DNA of 64,000 nt from Candidatus Limnocylindrales bacterium (GCA_038251965.1 JBBSAV010000003.1:2062-66061), one strand, 5' to 3'; shown: positions 48,065 to 59,258, numbered from the stretch's first letter. Translations and numbers: made by a program. The notes: a model not told the origin generated them from the sequence alone.

Positions 48065-49225
48065 ATGAAGCGTACGACCGGGTTCGACACTCAGCTGGTG
48101 CAGCTTGGACGCGTCTCAGCCGCCCGCGAGCGCAGCGTGAACCCGCCGCTCACACGCGCCTCCACCATCCTCTTCGACTCGCTCGCCCAGCTGCACGATG
48201 CCCGCGAAGGCATCGCCTACGAGGAGCCACGCTACGGCATCTACGGCACCAGCACCACCTTCGAGCTGCAGACTGCGATGGCCGGACTGTGCGGCGCCGA
48301 ATCGTGCATCGCCACGCCCAGCGGCCTGACTGCCATCGCCGCCACCCTCGCCGCCCACGCCGCCCCGGGCAGACGCATCCTCCTCCAGAACGACATCTAC
48401 CAGCCGGCCCGCACCTTTGCCGAGACAGAGGTGACGCAGCACTGCGAGGTGGCCTGGTTCGACACCACCAACGAGCTCGAGAGCCTTGTCGACGAGCGCA
48501 CCAGCCTGGTCTTCATCGAGGTCCCCACCTCGCTCACCATGCGCCTTATCGACGTGGCCGAAGTCGTCCGCATCGCGGCCCGCCACCACGTCCCGGTGGC
48601 CTGCGACTCGACCTGGGGCACGCCGCGCTTCTTCGATGCGCACGGCCTCGGCATCGACATCTCCATCCATGCCGCCACCAAGTACATCGGCGGCCATTCC
48701 GACCTCATGCTGGGGCTCACCACCGGCAGCTACCAGGCGCTCGCCTCCACGCGCGAGTGGTGTATCCGTTATGGCTCAACGGCCGCTCCTGATGTCTGCT
48801 GGCTGGGCCTCCGCGGCCTGCGCACGCTGAGCGTCCGTCTGGAGCGCCACCAGGCCAGTGCCCTCAAGGTGGCCGTTTGGCTCGAGGAGCAACCGCAGGT
48901 CGTGCGCGTCCTCTACCCGGCCCTCCCCTCCGACCCGGATCATCAGCTCTGGCAGACGCAGTTCAGTGGCGCGCCCGGCCTCTTCAGCATCGAGCTGCGC
49001 GCCTGCGACGAGGCGTCCTACGCCCGCTTCATCGAGTCACTCACGCTCTTCGGCCTCGGCGCCAGCTGGGGCGGCTTCGAATCGCTCGTCATCCCGGCCA
49101 TCCCCCACGCTCGGCGCTCACTCGACCCGCAGCCCGACGAGGGCCGACTGGTGCGTTTGCACATCGGCCTCGAAGATCCTGACGACCTCATCGCCGACCT
49201 GACCAAGGCTCTGGAGGCACTGTGA
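48065..49225 (+). CDS. metC: Cystathionine beta-lyase (trans-sulfuration PLP enzyme family)
   Basis: GFDTQLVQLGR, YGIYGTSTTFELQ, PLP-Lys context HAATKYIGGHSD. Confidence 0.85.
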   Translation: MKRTTGFDTQLVQLGRVSAARERSVNPPLTRASTILFDSLAQLHDAREGIAYEEPRYGIYGTSTTFELQTAMAGLCGAESCIATPSGLTAIAATLAAHAAPGRRILLQNDIYQPARTFAETEVTQHCEVAWFDTTNELESLVDERTSLVFIEVPTSLTMRLIDVAEVVRIAARHHVPVACDSTWGTPRFFDAHGLGIDISIHAATKYIGGHSDLMLGLTTGSYQALASTREWCIRYGSTAAPDVCWLGLRGLRTLSVRLERHQASALKVAVWLEEQPQVVRVLYPALPSDPDHQLWQTQFSGAPGLFSIELRACDEASYARFIESLTLFGLGASWGGFESLVIPAIPHARRSLDPQPDEGRLVRLHIGLEDPDDLIADLTKALEAL

Positions 49226-50244
49226 CCGGTCGCGACCGGGAGTATGACCGCTTCGGCCCGTGGGTCATCGAACTCGCTGACGAGGATCCCGCGCCAGCGC
49301 TCTTCGTATCGCACCTGACTCGGCCCGAGACACCCCTGCTGGCGATCAAGATCCCGCGCAAGGTCTCACGGCGCGATGCCCAACCGGGCATGGATCTCTA
49401 CGACTATGTGGTGTCGCTCTACGAGGACGACATGGTGGTCCTCGAGCGCACCGAGCGCGACGTCCGCACGACGACCATCGCCTTTCGTGACATCCAGCTC
49501 CTTCGTGTGCGTGAGGACCTACTGCGCGGCAACATCCACCTCGGCTTGGCCGAGCGACCGTTCGACCTGCCCTACAACACCGTCTCGAACGAGGTCATGC
49601 GACGCTTCGTGGGCTTGATCCGCGACCGATACCAGGTCCGCGACCGATACCAGGTCCGCGACGGGGCACCGCGCGAGCCGTTCGGGCCGGCCCATGCGAT
49701 CACCCTGCCCAACGCGACTCCCATCAGCCAGTTGAGCTTCTACTTCGAGGGTCTGCTGGGGACGATGCGCAACGAAGGCTCGGCGTTCCGACCCCTCGCC
49801 GCCCAGCCCGACACTCCACTCGGCTCGCTCAAGACCAGCACCCCCCACAAGATCTTCCTCGGCGTCGTCGACAAGCGCCTGCTGGAATCGCTGCACCTGA
49901 GCGATGGTCAGGAGCTGCGGGTCATCGACCGCGGCCAACCGTACGCCTACCGCTGGCAGACCGTCTACGGCCGCGAGGAGACCTTCATCCCCCTCGCAGA
50001 TATCACCATGGTCAACTGGGACAAAGCCAGCGATGGCACGCTGACGACGTTGTCGATCAGCACCGCGGGCGGCACGGCAAGCTGGGTCTTCACTGCCGAC
50101 AACGCCAGCCTCGCCACCTACCGGGCATGGCTGGATGCGTTGCCGGCGATCGGCAAACCCGCGGCGACCCCTGCCTACGAGGCCAGGTTGGGAGACAGCC
50201 AGCGCTCCGCTTCGACGGTCGACCAGCCCTTGCGCCGCGCGTAG
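49222..50244 (+). CDS. Hypothetical protein (340 aa) translationally coupled to metC
   Basis: The GTG start overlaps the metC stop (GTGA). I recognise no motif. Contains an internal [12 protein letters not shown] duplication. The 3' end overlaps metH by 70 bp. Confidence 0.55.
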   Translation: MTGRDREYDRFGPWVIELADEDPAPALFVSHLTRPETPLLAIKIPRKVSRRDAQPGMDLYDYVVSLYEDDMVVLERTERDVRTTTIAFRDIQLLRVREDLLRGNIHLGLAERPFDLPYNTVSNEVMRRFVGLIRDRYQVRDRYQVRDGAPREPFGPAHAITLPNATPISQLSFYFEGLLGTMRNEGSAFRPLAAQPDTPLGSLKTSTPHKIFLGVVDKRLLESLHLSDGQELRVIDRGQPYAYRWQTVYGREETFIPLADITMVNWDKASDGTLTTLSISTAGGTASWVFTADNASLATYRAWLDALPAIGKPAATPAYEARLGDSQRSASTVDQPLRRA

Positions 50245-53200
50245 TCCTCGAGCTGGTCGCGGTCGATGCGGCCGACGCCGAAGTAGCGCGCCTGCGGGTG
50301 CCAGAAGTAGAGCCCACTCACCGACGCCGCGGGCAGCATCGCCATCGACTCGGTCAGCTCCATGCCCGCACGTGACTCCGCTTCCAGCAACCCGAAGAGC
50401 GTGGCCTTCTCGGTGTGGTCGGGACAGGCCGGATAGCCCGGTGCCGGGCGGATGCCCTGGTAGGACTCGGCGATGAGCTCGTCATTGCCAAGCACCTCGT
50501 CGGCCTCGTAACCCCAGAACTCCCGTCGAACACGTTCGTGCAGACGCTCAGCGAAGGCCTCCGCCAATCGATCGGCCAGCGCCGTCAGGAGGATGGCCGA
50601 ATAGTCGTCGTGGGCAGCCTCGAAGCGCGCCCGGGCCTCCGACAATCCATGCCCCGCCGTGACGGCGAAGGCACCCACGTAGTCGGCGACTCCGCTACTG
50701 AGCGGTGCCACGAAGTCGGCCAGCGCGAGATCCGCCCGTCCGTCCTTGCGGGTCATCTGCTGCCGGAGCGTATGCAATCGCGCCAGCTCGGTGGTGCGCG
50801 CGTCATCGGCCCAGACCACGATGTCGTCATCGGCGGTGGAGCCGGCCGGCCAGAAGCCCACCACGCCGTCGGCACGCAGCAAGCCCTCGTCTGCGGCCCG
50901 CCGCAACATCACCTGCGCATCATCGAATAGGTCTCGCGCAGCCGAGCCGACCGTGGCGTCGGACAAGATCGCCGGGTAGCGGCCTTTCAGCTCCCAGGTG
51001 GCGAAGAAGGGCGTCCAATCGATGCGCTCGATGAGCTCTTCGAGCGGGTAGGACGCCAGCGTCTGCACGCCGCTGAACGATGGCCGCGGCGGCGAGGACG
51101 CCCCCCACTCGATGACCAGCCGGCTCTCCCGCGCCTGCGCCAGTGAGACGCGACGGTCGGGCGAGGCATGCTCTTCGTGGAACCGTCGCACCTCCGCATA
51201 TTCGGCCCGTCGCTCCACCATGAACGCCTCCCGCGACCCTGGGTCCATCAGCGCTCCCGCCACGCCGACCGCACGCGAGGCGTCGTCCACGTGCACGACC
51301 GGCCCCGAGTAGGCCGGCTCAAGCTTCACCGCCGTGTGCGCCTTCGACGTGGTAGCGCCACCGATGAGCAGTGGCGTGGTCATACCCTCACGCTCCATCT
51401 CGATCGCCACCAGGCGCATCTCCTCGAGCGATGGCGTGATCAGGCCGGAGAGGCCGATAAGATCAGCCCGTTCCTCACGCGCGGTCTCCAGGATCTTCGT
51501 CCAAGGCACCATCACCCCCAAGTCGATGACCCGGTAGTCGTTACAGCCCAGCACGACACCGACGATGTTCTTGCCGATGTCATGCACGTCGCCCTTGACA
51601 GTGGCCATCACGATCACCCCTGCCGAGCGCGGTCGCGCATCGGCGGCGTCCTCTCCCAACGCAGCCCGCTCCTCCTCCATGTAGGGGATGAGGTGCGCCA
51701 CTGCCTGCTTCATCACGCGCGCGGACTTCACCACCTGCGGCAGGAACATGCGCCCCGAGCCGAAACGATCGCCGACCACGTCCATGCCCGCCATCAGCGG
51801 ACCCTCGATGACATGCAGCGGTCGGTCAGCTTCCAGCCGTGCCTCCTCCGTGTCCTCCACGACCCAGTCGCTGATGCCCTCGACCAGCGCATGCGTCAGT
51901 CGCTCGTTCACCGGCCACTCCCGCCCGGAGAGGTCACGCTCGGCACCCACGGCCGTGCTGCGCGCCTGGTCGGCGATCTCCAGCAAGCGGTCGGTGGCGT
52001 CGGAGCGACGGTTCAGGACCAGATCCTCGACGCGCTCACGCAGCTCCGGCTCCAGATCGTCCATCACGGGCAGTGCACCGGCATTGACGATGGCCATGTC
52101 CAGGCCGGCCTCGATGGCGTGCACCAGGAAGACGGCGTGGATCGCCTCGCGAACGGGGTCGTTGCCGCGGAACGAAAAGGAGACGTTGGAGACGCCGCCG
52201 CTGGTGAGCACGAACGGCAGCTCCGCCTTGAGGCGACGAACGGTCTCGATGTACGCGACCGCGTAGCCGTTGTGCTCGGGGATGCCGGTGCCGATGGCGA
52301 AGATGTTGGGGTCGAGGATGATGTCCTCGGAGGCGAACCCGACCTCCTGGGTGAGCAGGTCGTGCGCGCGATGGGCGATCTGCAAGCGCCGCTCGACGGT
52401 CTCCGCCTGGCCATCCTCGTCGAAGGCCATGACCACCACGGCGGCACCATACCGATGCGCCAGCCGCGCCTGCCGCAGGAACTCGTCCTCGCCTTCCTTG
52501 AGCGAGACCGAGTTGACGATGGGCCGGCCCTGGGCGGACTGCAGGCCAGCCTCCAGCACCGACCATTTGGACGAGTCGATCATGAAGGGCACCCGCGCGA
52601 TGTCCGGTTCGGCCACGAGCAGACGCACGAATCGCGTCATGGCCGCCTCAGAGTCGAGCATGCCCTCGTCCATGTTGATGTCGATGACCTGGGCGCCATT
52701 CTCGACCTGCTGCCTGGCGACCTCGACCGCTTCGGCATAGGATCCTTCGAGGATCAGCCGCGCGAACTTGCGCGAGCCAGTGACGTTGGTGCGCTCGCCG
52801 ATGTTGACGAAGAGCGAATCGGGGCCGATGTCGAACGCCTCCAGGCCGGCCAGGCGGGTGCGCCGCTCGACCGTCGGGACGATACGGGGCCTGAGGCCTG
52901 AGACGATGGCCTTGTTGGCCCGGACGTGTTCCGGGCCGGTGCCGCAGCAGCCGCCGACGATGTTGACGGCGCCATCGCGAGCCATGCCGGCGAGCACGGA
53001 GGCAGCATCCTGCGGCGACTCGTCGTAGCCGCCGAAGGAATTGGGCAGTCCGGCGTTGGGATAGATCGAGAGGTGCGTGTCGGCGAGTCGGCCGAGCTCC
53101 TCCGCATAGGGCCGCAGCTGCTTGCCGCCCAACGCGCAGTTGAGGCCGACCGCGAAGGGACGCGCATGGCGGACGGTGTTCCAGAAGGCACCCACGGTCT

Positions 53201-53915
53201 GACCGTTGAGCGTGCGGCCGGACGCGTCGGTGATGGTGCCGCTGATGAGCAGCGGCAGCCGATAGCCGAGTTCGTCCCACAAGGTCTCCAGGGCGAAGAT
53301 GGCGGCCTTGGCATTGAGCGTGTCGAAGATGGTCTCGATGGCCAGCCAATCGGCACCACCTTCGACGAGCGCACGCGCTGCCTCCAGGTAGGCTTCGTCC
53401 AGATCCTCGAAGCTCACGTTGCGCGCGCCGGGGTCGTTGACATCCCGTGAGAGCGAGGCCGTGCGGCTGGTCGGACCCAGCGAACCCATCACGTAGCGTG
53501 GCTGCCCGTCCACTCGCTCGGCCTCGTCACACATCTCACGTGCCAGACGGGCGGACTCGCAGTTCATCTCGACCACCCATGGCTCCAACCCGTAGTCCGC
53601 CATCGACAGGCGGGTGGCATTGAAGCTGTTGGTGGTGACGATGTCCGCGCCTGCCGACAGGTACTGCCGGTGCATCTCGCGCACGATGTCAGGCTGCGTC
53701 AGGCACAGCAGGTCATTGGCGCCTTTGAGATCTGATGGATGGTCGGCGAAACGGCGGCCCCGGAAATCAGCCTCGTCGAGCTGATGGCCCTGCAGTAGCG
53801 TCCCCGTGGCACCGTCCTTGACCAGGATGCGTTCGCGCAAGACCTGGTTCAGGCCGGCCGTGCGCACCTGGCGCGCCTTGTTGGGATCGGTACGGACGGC
53901 TCCGGTCCTGGCCAC
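50175..53915 (-). CDS. metH: Cobalamin-dependent methionine synthase
   Basis: [11 protein letters not shown] Hcy domain, [10 protein letters not shown], pterin domain, B12 motif GDVHDIGKN, AdoMet activation domain. GTG at 53915 is preceded by agaggaagag. Confidence 0.93.
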   Translation of the reverse strand: MARTGAVRTDPNKARQVRTAGLNQVLRERILVKDGATGTLLQGHQLDEADFRGRRFADHPSDLKGANDLLCLTQPDIVREMHRQYLSAGADIVTTNSFNATRLSMADYGLEPWVVEMNCESARLAREMCDEAERVDGQPRYVMGSLGPTSRTASLSRDVNDPGARNVSFEDLDEAYLEAARALVEGGADWLAIETIFDTLNAKAAIFALETLWDELGYRLPLLISGTITDASGRTLNGQTVGAFWNTVRHARPFAVGLNCALGGKQLRPYAEELGRLADTHLSIYPNAGLPNSFGGYDESPQDAASVLAGMARDGAVNIVGGCCGTGPEHVRANKAIVSGLRPRIVPTVERRTRLAGLEAFDIGPDSLFVNIGERTNVTGSRKFARLILEGSYAEAVEVARQQVENGAQVIDINMDEGMLDSEAAMTRFVRLLVAEPDIARVPFMIDSSKWSVLEAGLQSAQGRPIVNSVSLKEGEDEFLRQARLAHRYGAAVVVMAFDEDGQAETVERRLQIAHRAHDLLTQEVGFASEDIILDPNIFAIGTGIPEHNGYAVAYIETVRRLKAELPFVLTSGGVSNVSFSFRGNDPVREAIHAVFLVHAIEAGLDMAIVNAGALPVMDDLEPELRERVEDLVLNRRSDATDRLLEIADQARSTAVGAERDLSGREWPVNERLTHALVEGISDWVVEDTEEARLEADRPLHVIEGPLMAGMDVVGDRFGSGRMFLPQVVKSARVMKQAVAHLIPYMEEERAALGEDAADARPRSAGVIVMATVKGDVHDIGKNIVGVVLGCNDYRVIDLGVMVPWTKILETAREERADLIGLSGLITPSLEEMRLVAIEMEREGMTTPLLIGGATTSKAHTAVKLEPAYSGPVVHVDDASRAVGVAGALMDPGSREAFMVERRAEYAEVRRFHEEHASPDRRVSLAQARESRLVIEWGASSPPRPSFSGVQTLASYPLEELIERIDWTPFFATWELKGRYPAILSDATVGSAARDLFDDAQVMLRRAADEGLLRADGVVGFWPAGSTADDDIVVWADDARTTELARLHTLRQQMTRKDGRADLALADFVAPLSSGVADYVGAFAVTAGHGLSEARARFEAAHDDYSAILLTALADRLAEAFAERLHERVRREFWGYEADEVLGNDELIAESYQGIRPAPGYPACPDHTEKATLFGLLEAESRAGMELTESMAMLPAASVSGLYFWHPQARYFGVGRIDRDQLEDYARRKGWSTVEAERWLSPNLAS

Positions 53916-54014
53916 GTGCTCACTCTTCCTCTCACGATCCGCGTCCCGGCACGGTGCCACCGCAGCGTCGTCGCATGATACGGCAGCATCTCCAGGCTGA
54001 AAGGTCCATACCAA

Positions 54015-54034
54015 TCAGACCAACTCAGACCAAC
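54015..54034. repeat. Perfect 10-bp tandem repeat in the metH/GntR divergent region (candidate operator)
   Basis: tcagaccaac tcagaccaac (54015-54034), followed by ctgctagactcagg. Confidence 0.8.
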
Positions 54035-54064
54035 CTGCTAGACTCAGGCGGTGGAGACGTGGTC

Positions 54065-54880
54065 GTGACCAGTGAGCCCCTCTACTCCCTCGTCGCCAGC
54101 CGCGCTGAAGCGCGCATCACCTCGGGTGAGTGGCAGGAGGGCGACCGCTTGCCCCCCGAGCGCCAACTGTGTCGCGAGTTCGACGTCTCACGCTCGACCC
54201 TGCGCCAGGCGCTCGACGAGCTTGAGGAACGCGGTCTTATCAGCCGCCACCAGGGCCGCGGCACGTTCGTCACACGCCCGCGGCTGCAGCTGCCCATCGT
54301 CGGTGTCTTCTCCATCCGCGACGCCATGGAGGCGTACGGCATGCGTATGGGCACGCGTGTGCTGAGCGTGGAACTCATCGAGGCGGGCCGCCAGCTGGCC
54401 AGCGACCTTGCCTGTCTGCCCGGTGACCAGGTCGTCTACATCGAACGACTGCGCATCGGCGATGGCGAGCCGATGGTGTTGGACACGGCACACTTGCGTG
54501 CCGAGCTCTTCCCCGGTCTGGAGGACGTTGACTTCGAGCACCGCTCGCTCTACGAGATCCTGGAGACCGACTACGGGCGCACCGTCGCGGAGGCCCAGGA
54601 GACGCTGGAGCCGGTCATCCTCACACCACGAGAATGCGAGCTGCTCGGCGTGCCGCCACACACCACGGCCCTGCTGACGCGCCGCGTCACGACCGATGCG
54701 GCCGGTGTGGTGGTGGCGCTGGGGCACGTGCTCCTGCGCGGCGACCGCTCCCGCTACATCTACAAGCGCACCGTCGAGACGACCCCGACGGGACGCGACC
54801 ATCGATCAGCCACGGACGGCACCCTGCGACGATTTGCGCCGCGCGGACCGATCACTGTCAGAAGAAGGAGAACACGTTGA
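54065..54880 (+). CDS. GntR-family (HutC subfamily, UTRA effector domain) transcriptional regulator
   Basis: LPPERQLCREFDVSRSTLRQALDELEERGLISRHQGRGTFV. GTG starts at 54059/54065 follow ggtggag. Confidence 0.85.
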   Translation: MTSEPLYSLVASRAEARITSGEWQEGDRLPPERQLCREFDVSRSTLRQALDELEERGLISRHQGRGTFVTRPRLQLPIVGVFSIRDAMEAYGMRMGTRVLSVELIEAGRQLASDLACLPGDQVVYIERLRIGDGEPMVLDTAHLRAELFPGLEDVDFEHRSLYEILETDYGRTVAEAQETLEPVILTPRECELLGVPPHTTALLTRRVTTDAAGVVVALGHVLLRGDRSRYIYKRTVETTPTGRDHRSATDGTLRRFAPRGPITVRRRRTR

Positions 54881-55689
54881 CCGCTTCGGATCGCTGGCTG
54901 GCCGCCGCTCGAGACGTCCTCGAGCAGGTGACCAGCACTCAAACACCGGCCATCGAGGAGGCCAGCACCATCTTCGCCGACACCATCGCCGCCGACGGCC
55001 TGGTGCACGTCTTCGGCTCCGGCCATTCGCGCATGAATACCGAGGAGATGTTCCCCCGCATCGGCTCCTACCCGGGCTTCCACCCTATCGCCGAGCTGGC
55101 GCTCTCCAACCACGTCGGCGTGGTCGGGCCCAATGGCTTGCGGCAGGCCCTGTACCTCGAGAAGGTGCCTGGCTTCGCGCGCATCATCCTGCAGCAGTTC
55201 AAGATCCACCCCGGCGATTCGTTCCTCATCTTCAGCTCCACCGGCATCAACGGCACGGTGGTGGAGGTGGCGCTGCTGGCCAAGGCGATGGGCCTGCCGG
55301 TGGTGGCGGTGACCTCCCTGCAGCACACCAACGCCACGCCCTCACGGCACCCGTCGGGCAAGAAGCTCGCCGAGATCGCCGATGTCGCCATCGACAACTG
55401 CAGCCCACCTGGCGATGCCGTCACCCAGATCGAGGGCATCCCCTTCAGGGTCGGCCCCGTCAGCTCCATCGGCGCCATCGCGGTGGTGAATGCGCTGAAG
55501 ACCCGCACCGCCGAGCTGCTGGTCGAACGCGGCGTGGTCCCCACGGTGCTCACCAGCCCACACTTCGTCGGCAGCGAGGTCGGGGACGAGCAGCTGGAGC
55601 GGGTCTATGAAGAGTATTTCCGACGCGTCAAGCAGACCTACGATGCCGATGGCGCCATCCCCGTGCCCGAATCGTGGGAGGAGGTCTGA
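54877..55689 (+). CDS. SIS (sugar isomerase) domain protein, UPF0309-like
   Basis: TTG start after aaggag, overlapping the GntR stop (TTGA). GLVHVFGSGHSRMNTEEMF and IFSSTGINGTVVEVAL are SIS-type motifs. Confidence 0.75.
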   Translation: MTASDRWLAAARDVLEQVTSTQTPAIEEASTIFADTIAADGLVHVFGSGHSRMNTEEMFPRIGSYPGFHPIAELALSNHVGVVGPNGLRQALYLEKVPGFARIILQQFKIHPGDSFLIFSSTGINGTVVEVALLAKAMGLPVVAVTSLQHTNATPSRHPSGKKLAEIADVAIDNCSPPGDAVTQIEGIPFRVGPVSSIGAIAVVNALKTRTAELLVERGVVPTVLTSPHFVGSEVGDEQLERVYEEYFRRVKQTYDADGAIPVPESWEEV

Positions 55690-55726
55690 CCGTGGGAGGG
55701 GGTCTCAACGTGGGAGAGCGCCTCAC
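55673..55726. repeat. Three tandem 18-bp repeats spanning the SIS stop and the next gene's start
   Basis: cgtgggaggaggtctgac / cgtgggagggggtctcaa / cgtgggagagcgcctcac. Each carries an in-phase GTG, and the first two also a GGGAGG-like element. Confidence 0.85.
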
Positions 55727-57089
55727 GGTGGCCGATGACCGGACCGAGGCCGGGACCGCTGGCCAGATGACCATCACCCCGCCCCTGGCGGCCATGGCTG
55801 ATGTGGTGGTGGTCGGCTCGGGGACCGCGGGGGCCAGCGCCGCCATCGCCGCGGCGCGCGGCGGTGCGTCCGTCGTCCTTATCGAGAAGCAGGGCTTCAT
55901 GGGCGGCACCAGTACCGCCGTGCTGGATACGTTCTACGGTTTCTATACACCCGGGAGCCAGTCAAAGAAGATCGCCGGCGGCATCTCTGATGACGTGGTC
56001 GCCGGCCTGCACGACTTGGGGCCGGTGCTCGAGCGTCCCAACACCTACGGTGCCGGCACCGGCGTGACCTACAACTCCGAGCATCTCAAACTGGTCTGGG
56101 AGCGGCTCGCGCTGGAGGCCGGGGTGCGGGTGCTGCTGCACGCGTTCCTGCAGGACGTCGTCGTTCGCGACGGCCGCGTTCAGGAGCTGCTGGTGGCCAC
56201 CAAGGCCGGCCTGGTGCGCATCGGCGGGCGCATCTTCATCGATGCCAGCGGTGACGCCGACCTGTCACACCACGCCGGCTTCGGCTACGAGCTGGCGGGT
56301 TCGGTCGACCCGGCGCAGACGCTGACCACCACCTTCAAGATGGTCAACGTGGACATGGCGGCACGGCGCTCGATCAGCACCGCACAGCTGCACGCGCTGA
56401 TGGGCGAGGCGGCCGATTCGGGTGCGTACGACCTGCCCCGTCGCGAGGGTTCCGACCACATCACGCCCATCGAGGGCATGATCGCCACGGTGATGACGCG
56501 ACTGCCCTCGTACCGCGGTGAGGGCGAGGACCTCGTCAATGCTACCGACCCGGCGCTGCTGTCCGAGGCTGAGATGGCGGGGCGCCGCCAGGCCGTCGAA
56601 TACGCCCGCTTCCTCCACGACAAGGTGCCCGGCTACGAGAATGCCTCGCTGGTGGCGCTATCGGCGCAGATCGGCGTGCGCGAGACCCGGCGCGTCTACG
56701 GCGACTATCGTCTCAGCGCCGAGGATGTCCTGGGTGCCCGTCGCTTCGACGACGAGATCGGGCTCTGCGGCGCGCCCATCGAGGACCACCATCGGGGTGC
56801 CGACACCAAGTGGCAGTACCTGCCCGACGGCGAGGTAGTGGGTATCCCCTACCGTTCGCTGCTGGTACGCGACTCGGCCAACACGCTCGTCGCCGGCCGC
56901 TGCTTCAGCGCCACCCACGACGCCCACGCCTCGGTGCGATCGATGGCACAGACGATGGCCATGGGTCAGGCAGCCGGCACCGCCGCCGTCCTGGCGATCG
57001 CCGCCGCGACCGATCCGCGCGACGTCGCTACCGCCGCGCTCCGCGACCAGCTGCGACAGGACGGCGCCGTGCTCGAGCTTCCGGACTGA
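55692..57089 (+). CDS. FAD-dependent oxidoreductase
   Basis: Dinucleotide-binding motif DVVVVGSGTAGASAAIAAARGGASVVLIEK. Start is ambiguous (GTG 55674/55692/55710 or ATG 55767). Confidence 0.8.
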   Translation: MGGGLNVGERLTVADDRTEAGTAGQMTITPPLAAMADVVVVGSGTAGASAAIAAARGGASVVLIEKQGFMGGTSTAVLDTFYGFYTPGSQSKKIAGGISDDVVAGLHDLGPVLERPNTYGAGTGVTYNSEHLKLVWERLALEAGVRVLLHAFLQDVVVRDGRVQELLVATKAGLVRIGGRIFIDASGDADLSHHAGFGYELAGSVDPAQTLTTTFKMVNVDMAARRSISTAQLHALMGEAADSGAYDLPRREGSDHITPIEGMIATVMTRLPSYRGEGEDLVNATDPALLSEAEMAGRRQAVEYARFLHDKVPGYENASLVALSAQIGVRETRRVYGDYRLSAEDVLGARRFDDEIGLCGAPIEDHHRGADTKWQYLPDGEVVGIPYRSLLVRDSANTLVAGRCFSATHDAHASVRSMAQTMAMGQAAGTAAVLAIAAATDPRDVATAALRDQLRQDGAVLELPD

Positions 57090-58102
57090 TGACGACGGAC
57101 CGCTGGTGGCTGGGCTTCGATGTGGGCGGCACCCGCACCAAAGCGGGCGTCGTCAGCGATGACGGGGAGGTCCGCAGCGCGCATCTCGTCGAGACCGGCC
57201 ACGAGCCCTTCGATCGCGTCTGGGAGCGTCTGCTGGCGATCGCCGACGAGGCCATCGCGACCGAGGGCGCCGACGGGCTGCAAGGCGCCGGCATCGCTGC
57301 CCCCGGCGTCATCGAGCCAGGGTTCGGCGTGCGCAACCTGCCGGGCAAGGTGCCCGGCATCGAGGACGTCCCCATGCGTGAGCGGCTGGAGCAACACCTT
57401 GGCGTGCCCGTCCGCTGCATCAACGACGGTGCCGCCGCCACGCTCGCGGAATGGCGCTTCGGTGCCGCGCGCGGCTGCCAGGACGTGGTCGGACTGACCA
57501 TCGGGACCGGCATCGGCGCCGGCGCCATCATCGACGGCCGGCCACTGCAAACGCGCAACCTGGCCGGCGGTGTCTCCTTCGGCCACGCCACCATCGCCGT
57601 CGGTGGACGCACCTGTCTGTGCGGCAACATCGGCTGTGCCGAGACGCTCGTGTCCGCCAACGCGGTCGTCGGGCGCATGCGCGACTACGTGGCCCGCAAG
57701 GTCCCCTCGACGATCACCGAGGCCTATCAGCACGACCCCGGCGGTATCACCTTCCGCACGCTCGTCGAGGGCGTCGATGCCGGCGATCGCGTGGCGCAGG
57801 AGATCATGCAGCAGTTCACCCGAGACCTCGGCGCCACCATCGTCACCGCCATCCACGCCTACGACCCCGAGGTGGTGGTGCTGTCAGGTGGCCCCATGGC
57901 CCAGGCCGACCACTTCCTCCCACAGGTCCAGGCGTACGTCGACCGCTACGCGTTCCGCTATCCCAAGGAACGCATCATCCCCATCCGTCGCGCCCAGCGC
58001 TCCGACCATGCCGGCGTCCTCGGTGCGGTCGCCCGTGTCATGCAGACGGTCGCCGACGCCGCCCCCGCGTCTTCGACCACGATCCCGACCCAGCCCCAAT
58101 AG
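57089..58102 (+). CDS. ROK-family sugar kinase
   Basis: LGFDVGGTRTK ATP-binding motif, ROK zinc motif CLCGNIGCAETLVS. Its ATG overlaps the upstream stop (TGATG). Confidence 0.88.
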   Translation: MTTDRWWLGFDVGGTRTKAGVVSDDGEVRSAHLVETGHEPFDRVWERLLAIADEAIATEGADGLQGAGIAAPGVIEPGFGVRNLPGKVPGIEDVPMRERLEQHLGVPVRCINDGAAATLAEWRFGAARGCQDVVGLTIGTGIGAGAIIDGRPLQTRNLAGGVSFGHATIAVGGRTCLCGNIGCAETLVSANAVVGRMRDYVARKVPSTITEAYQHDPGGITFRTLVEGVDAGDRVAQEIMQQFTRDLGATIVTAIHAYDPEVVVLSGGPMAQADHFLPQVQAYVDRYAFRYPKERIIPIRRAQRSDHAGVLGAVARVMQTVADAAPASSTTIPTQPQ

Positions 58103-58110
58103 GAGGCCCC

Positions 58111-59070
58111 ATGTCATTTGCCCGAACCGTTCTCGGTGACATCGATCCCAGCGAGCTCGGCATCGTCGACGCCCACGACCATCTCGTGATCCACGGTGGC
58201 CGGCCCGTCCAGCTCTTTCCTGATTTCGACCTGTCCGACGTCGACGTGACCGTGGCCGAGCTGGCCCCGGTACAGGCGCTGGGTTTGAGGACCGTCGTCG
58301 ACGCCATGCCCGCCGACTGCGGCCGTGACGTGCTGATGCTGGCGGAGGTGGCGCGCCGGAGTGGTCTCCACGTCATCGCCCCATCGGGCCTCCACCACGA
58401 GCGCTACTACCACGACCGCCATTGGTCGGTGCGCCTGTCCGCCGAGGAGATCGCCGGTCTCTTCGTGGCCGACATCGAAGAGGGCATCGACGAGCTCGAC
58501 TACAACGGTCCCATCGTCAAGCGCACACCCCACAAGGCCGGGGTGATGAAGATCGCCGGCTCCACCGATGGGCTGAGCGAGCGCGACGAGAAGGTCTTCG
58601 CCGCCGCTGCCATGGCGCAACACCAGACCGGCTGTCCCATCCTCACCCACTGCGAGGGCGGCACCGGCGCGCTGGAGCAGATCGAATGGCTCGTCAAGCA
58701 CGGCGGTGATCCCGCGCACATCGTGCTCAGCCACGTCGACAAGATCGTCGACCGCCAGTACCTGCATGACATCGCCGACACCGGCGCCCGCGTCGAGTAC
58801 GACCAGGGCTTCCGCTGGGGCGACCAGCCGAACGGCACACTGCGGCTGCTCGAATGGGCGGCTGAGGACGGCCTTCTGGGACACATCACGCTGGGCCTCG
58901 ACGCGGCGCGCCAGAAGTACTGGATCGAGTACGGTGGCTCCCCCGGCTGGATCTACCTGCTGGGCGAGTTCGCCGACCTCATGCGTGAGCGCGGATTGGG
59001 CGACACGGAGCAGCACATCCTGTTCGTCGAGGCGCCCCGCGGCGCCTTCACCTTCGGAGAAAGGGCCTAG
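58111..59070 (+). CDS. Phosphotriesterase-homology protein (amidohydrolase superfamily, COG1735-type lactonase-like)
   Basis: ATG after aggagg. VDAHDHL metal-binding HxH, later THCEGG and LSHVD His ligands, LGLDAAR. Confidence 0.8.
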   Translation: MSFARTVLGDIDPSELGIVDAHDHLVIHGGRPVQLFPDFDLSDVDVTVAELAPVQALGLRTVVDAMPADCGRDVLMLAEVARRSGLHVIAPSGLHHERYYHDRHWSVRLSAEEIAGLFVADIEEGIDELDYNGPIVKRTPHKAGVMKIAGSTDGLSERDEKVFAAAAMAQHQTGCPILTHCEGGTGALEQIEWLVKHGGDPAHIVLSHVDKIVDRQYLHDIADTGARVEYDQGFRWGDQPNGTLRLLEWAAEDGLLGHITLGLDAARQKYWIEYGGSPGWIYLLGEFADLMRERGLGDTEQHILFVEAPRGAFTFGERA

Positions 59071-59258
59071 CCACCAAAGACGGGCCTGGCCAGATCCACC
59101 CACCGGGCGATTCGCGGCCGCTCGTCCGCCCACTGTTGTAGGTCAAGGCTCCTTTCGGGTTCGCAAGCAGATCACCCGGTCCGCGGCGCCTCGCGATGCG
59201 TGCGTCATGTGGTGATGCCACGCCTTCGCGGACGCGCTACGAGTGACCATCAACCGCC

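Noticed and set aside
51168-52901. 577-aa ORF antisense to metH (and several shorter ones across 50415-53450)
   Set aside because: No recognisable domains. They lie entirely within the well-supported metH coding region on the other strand.
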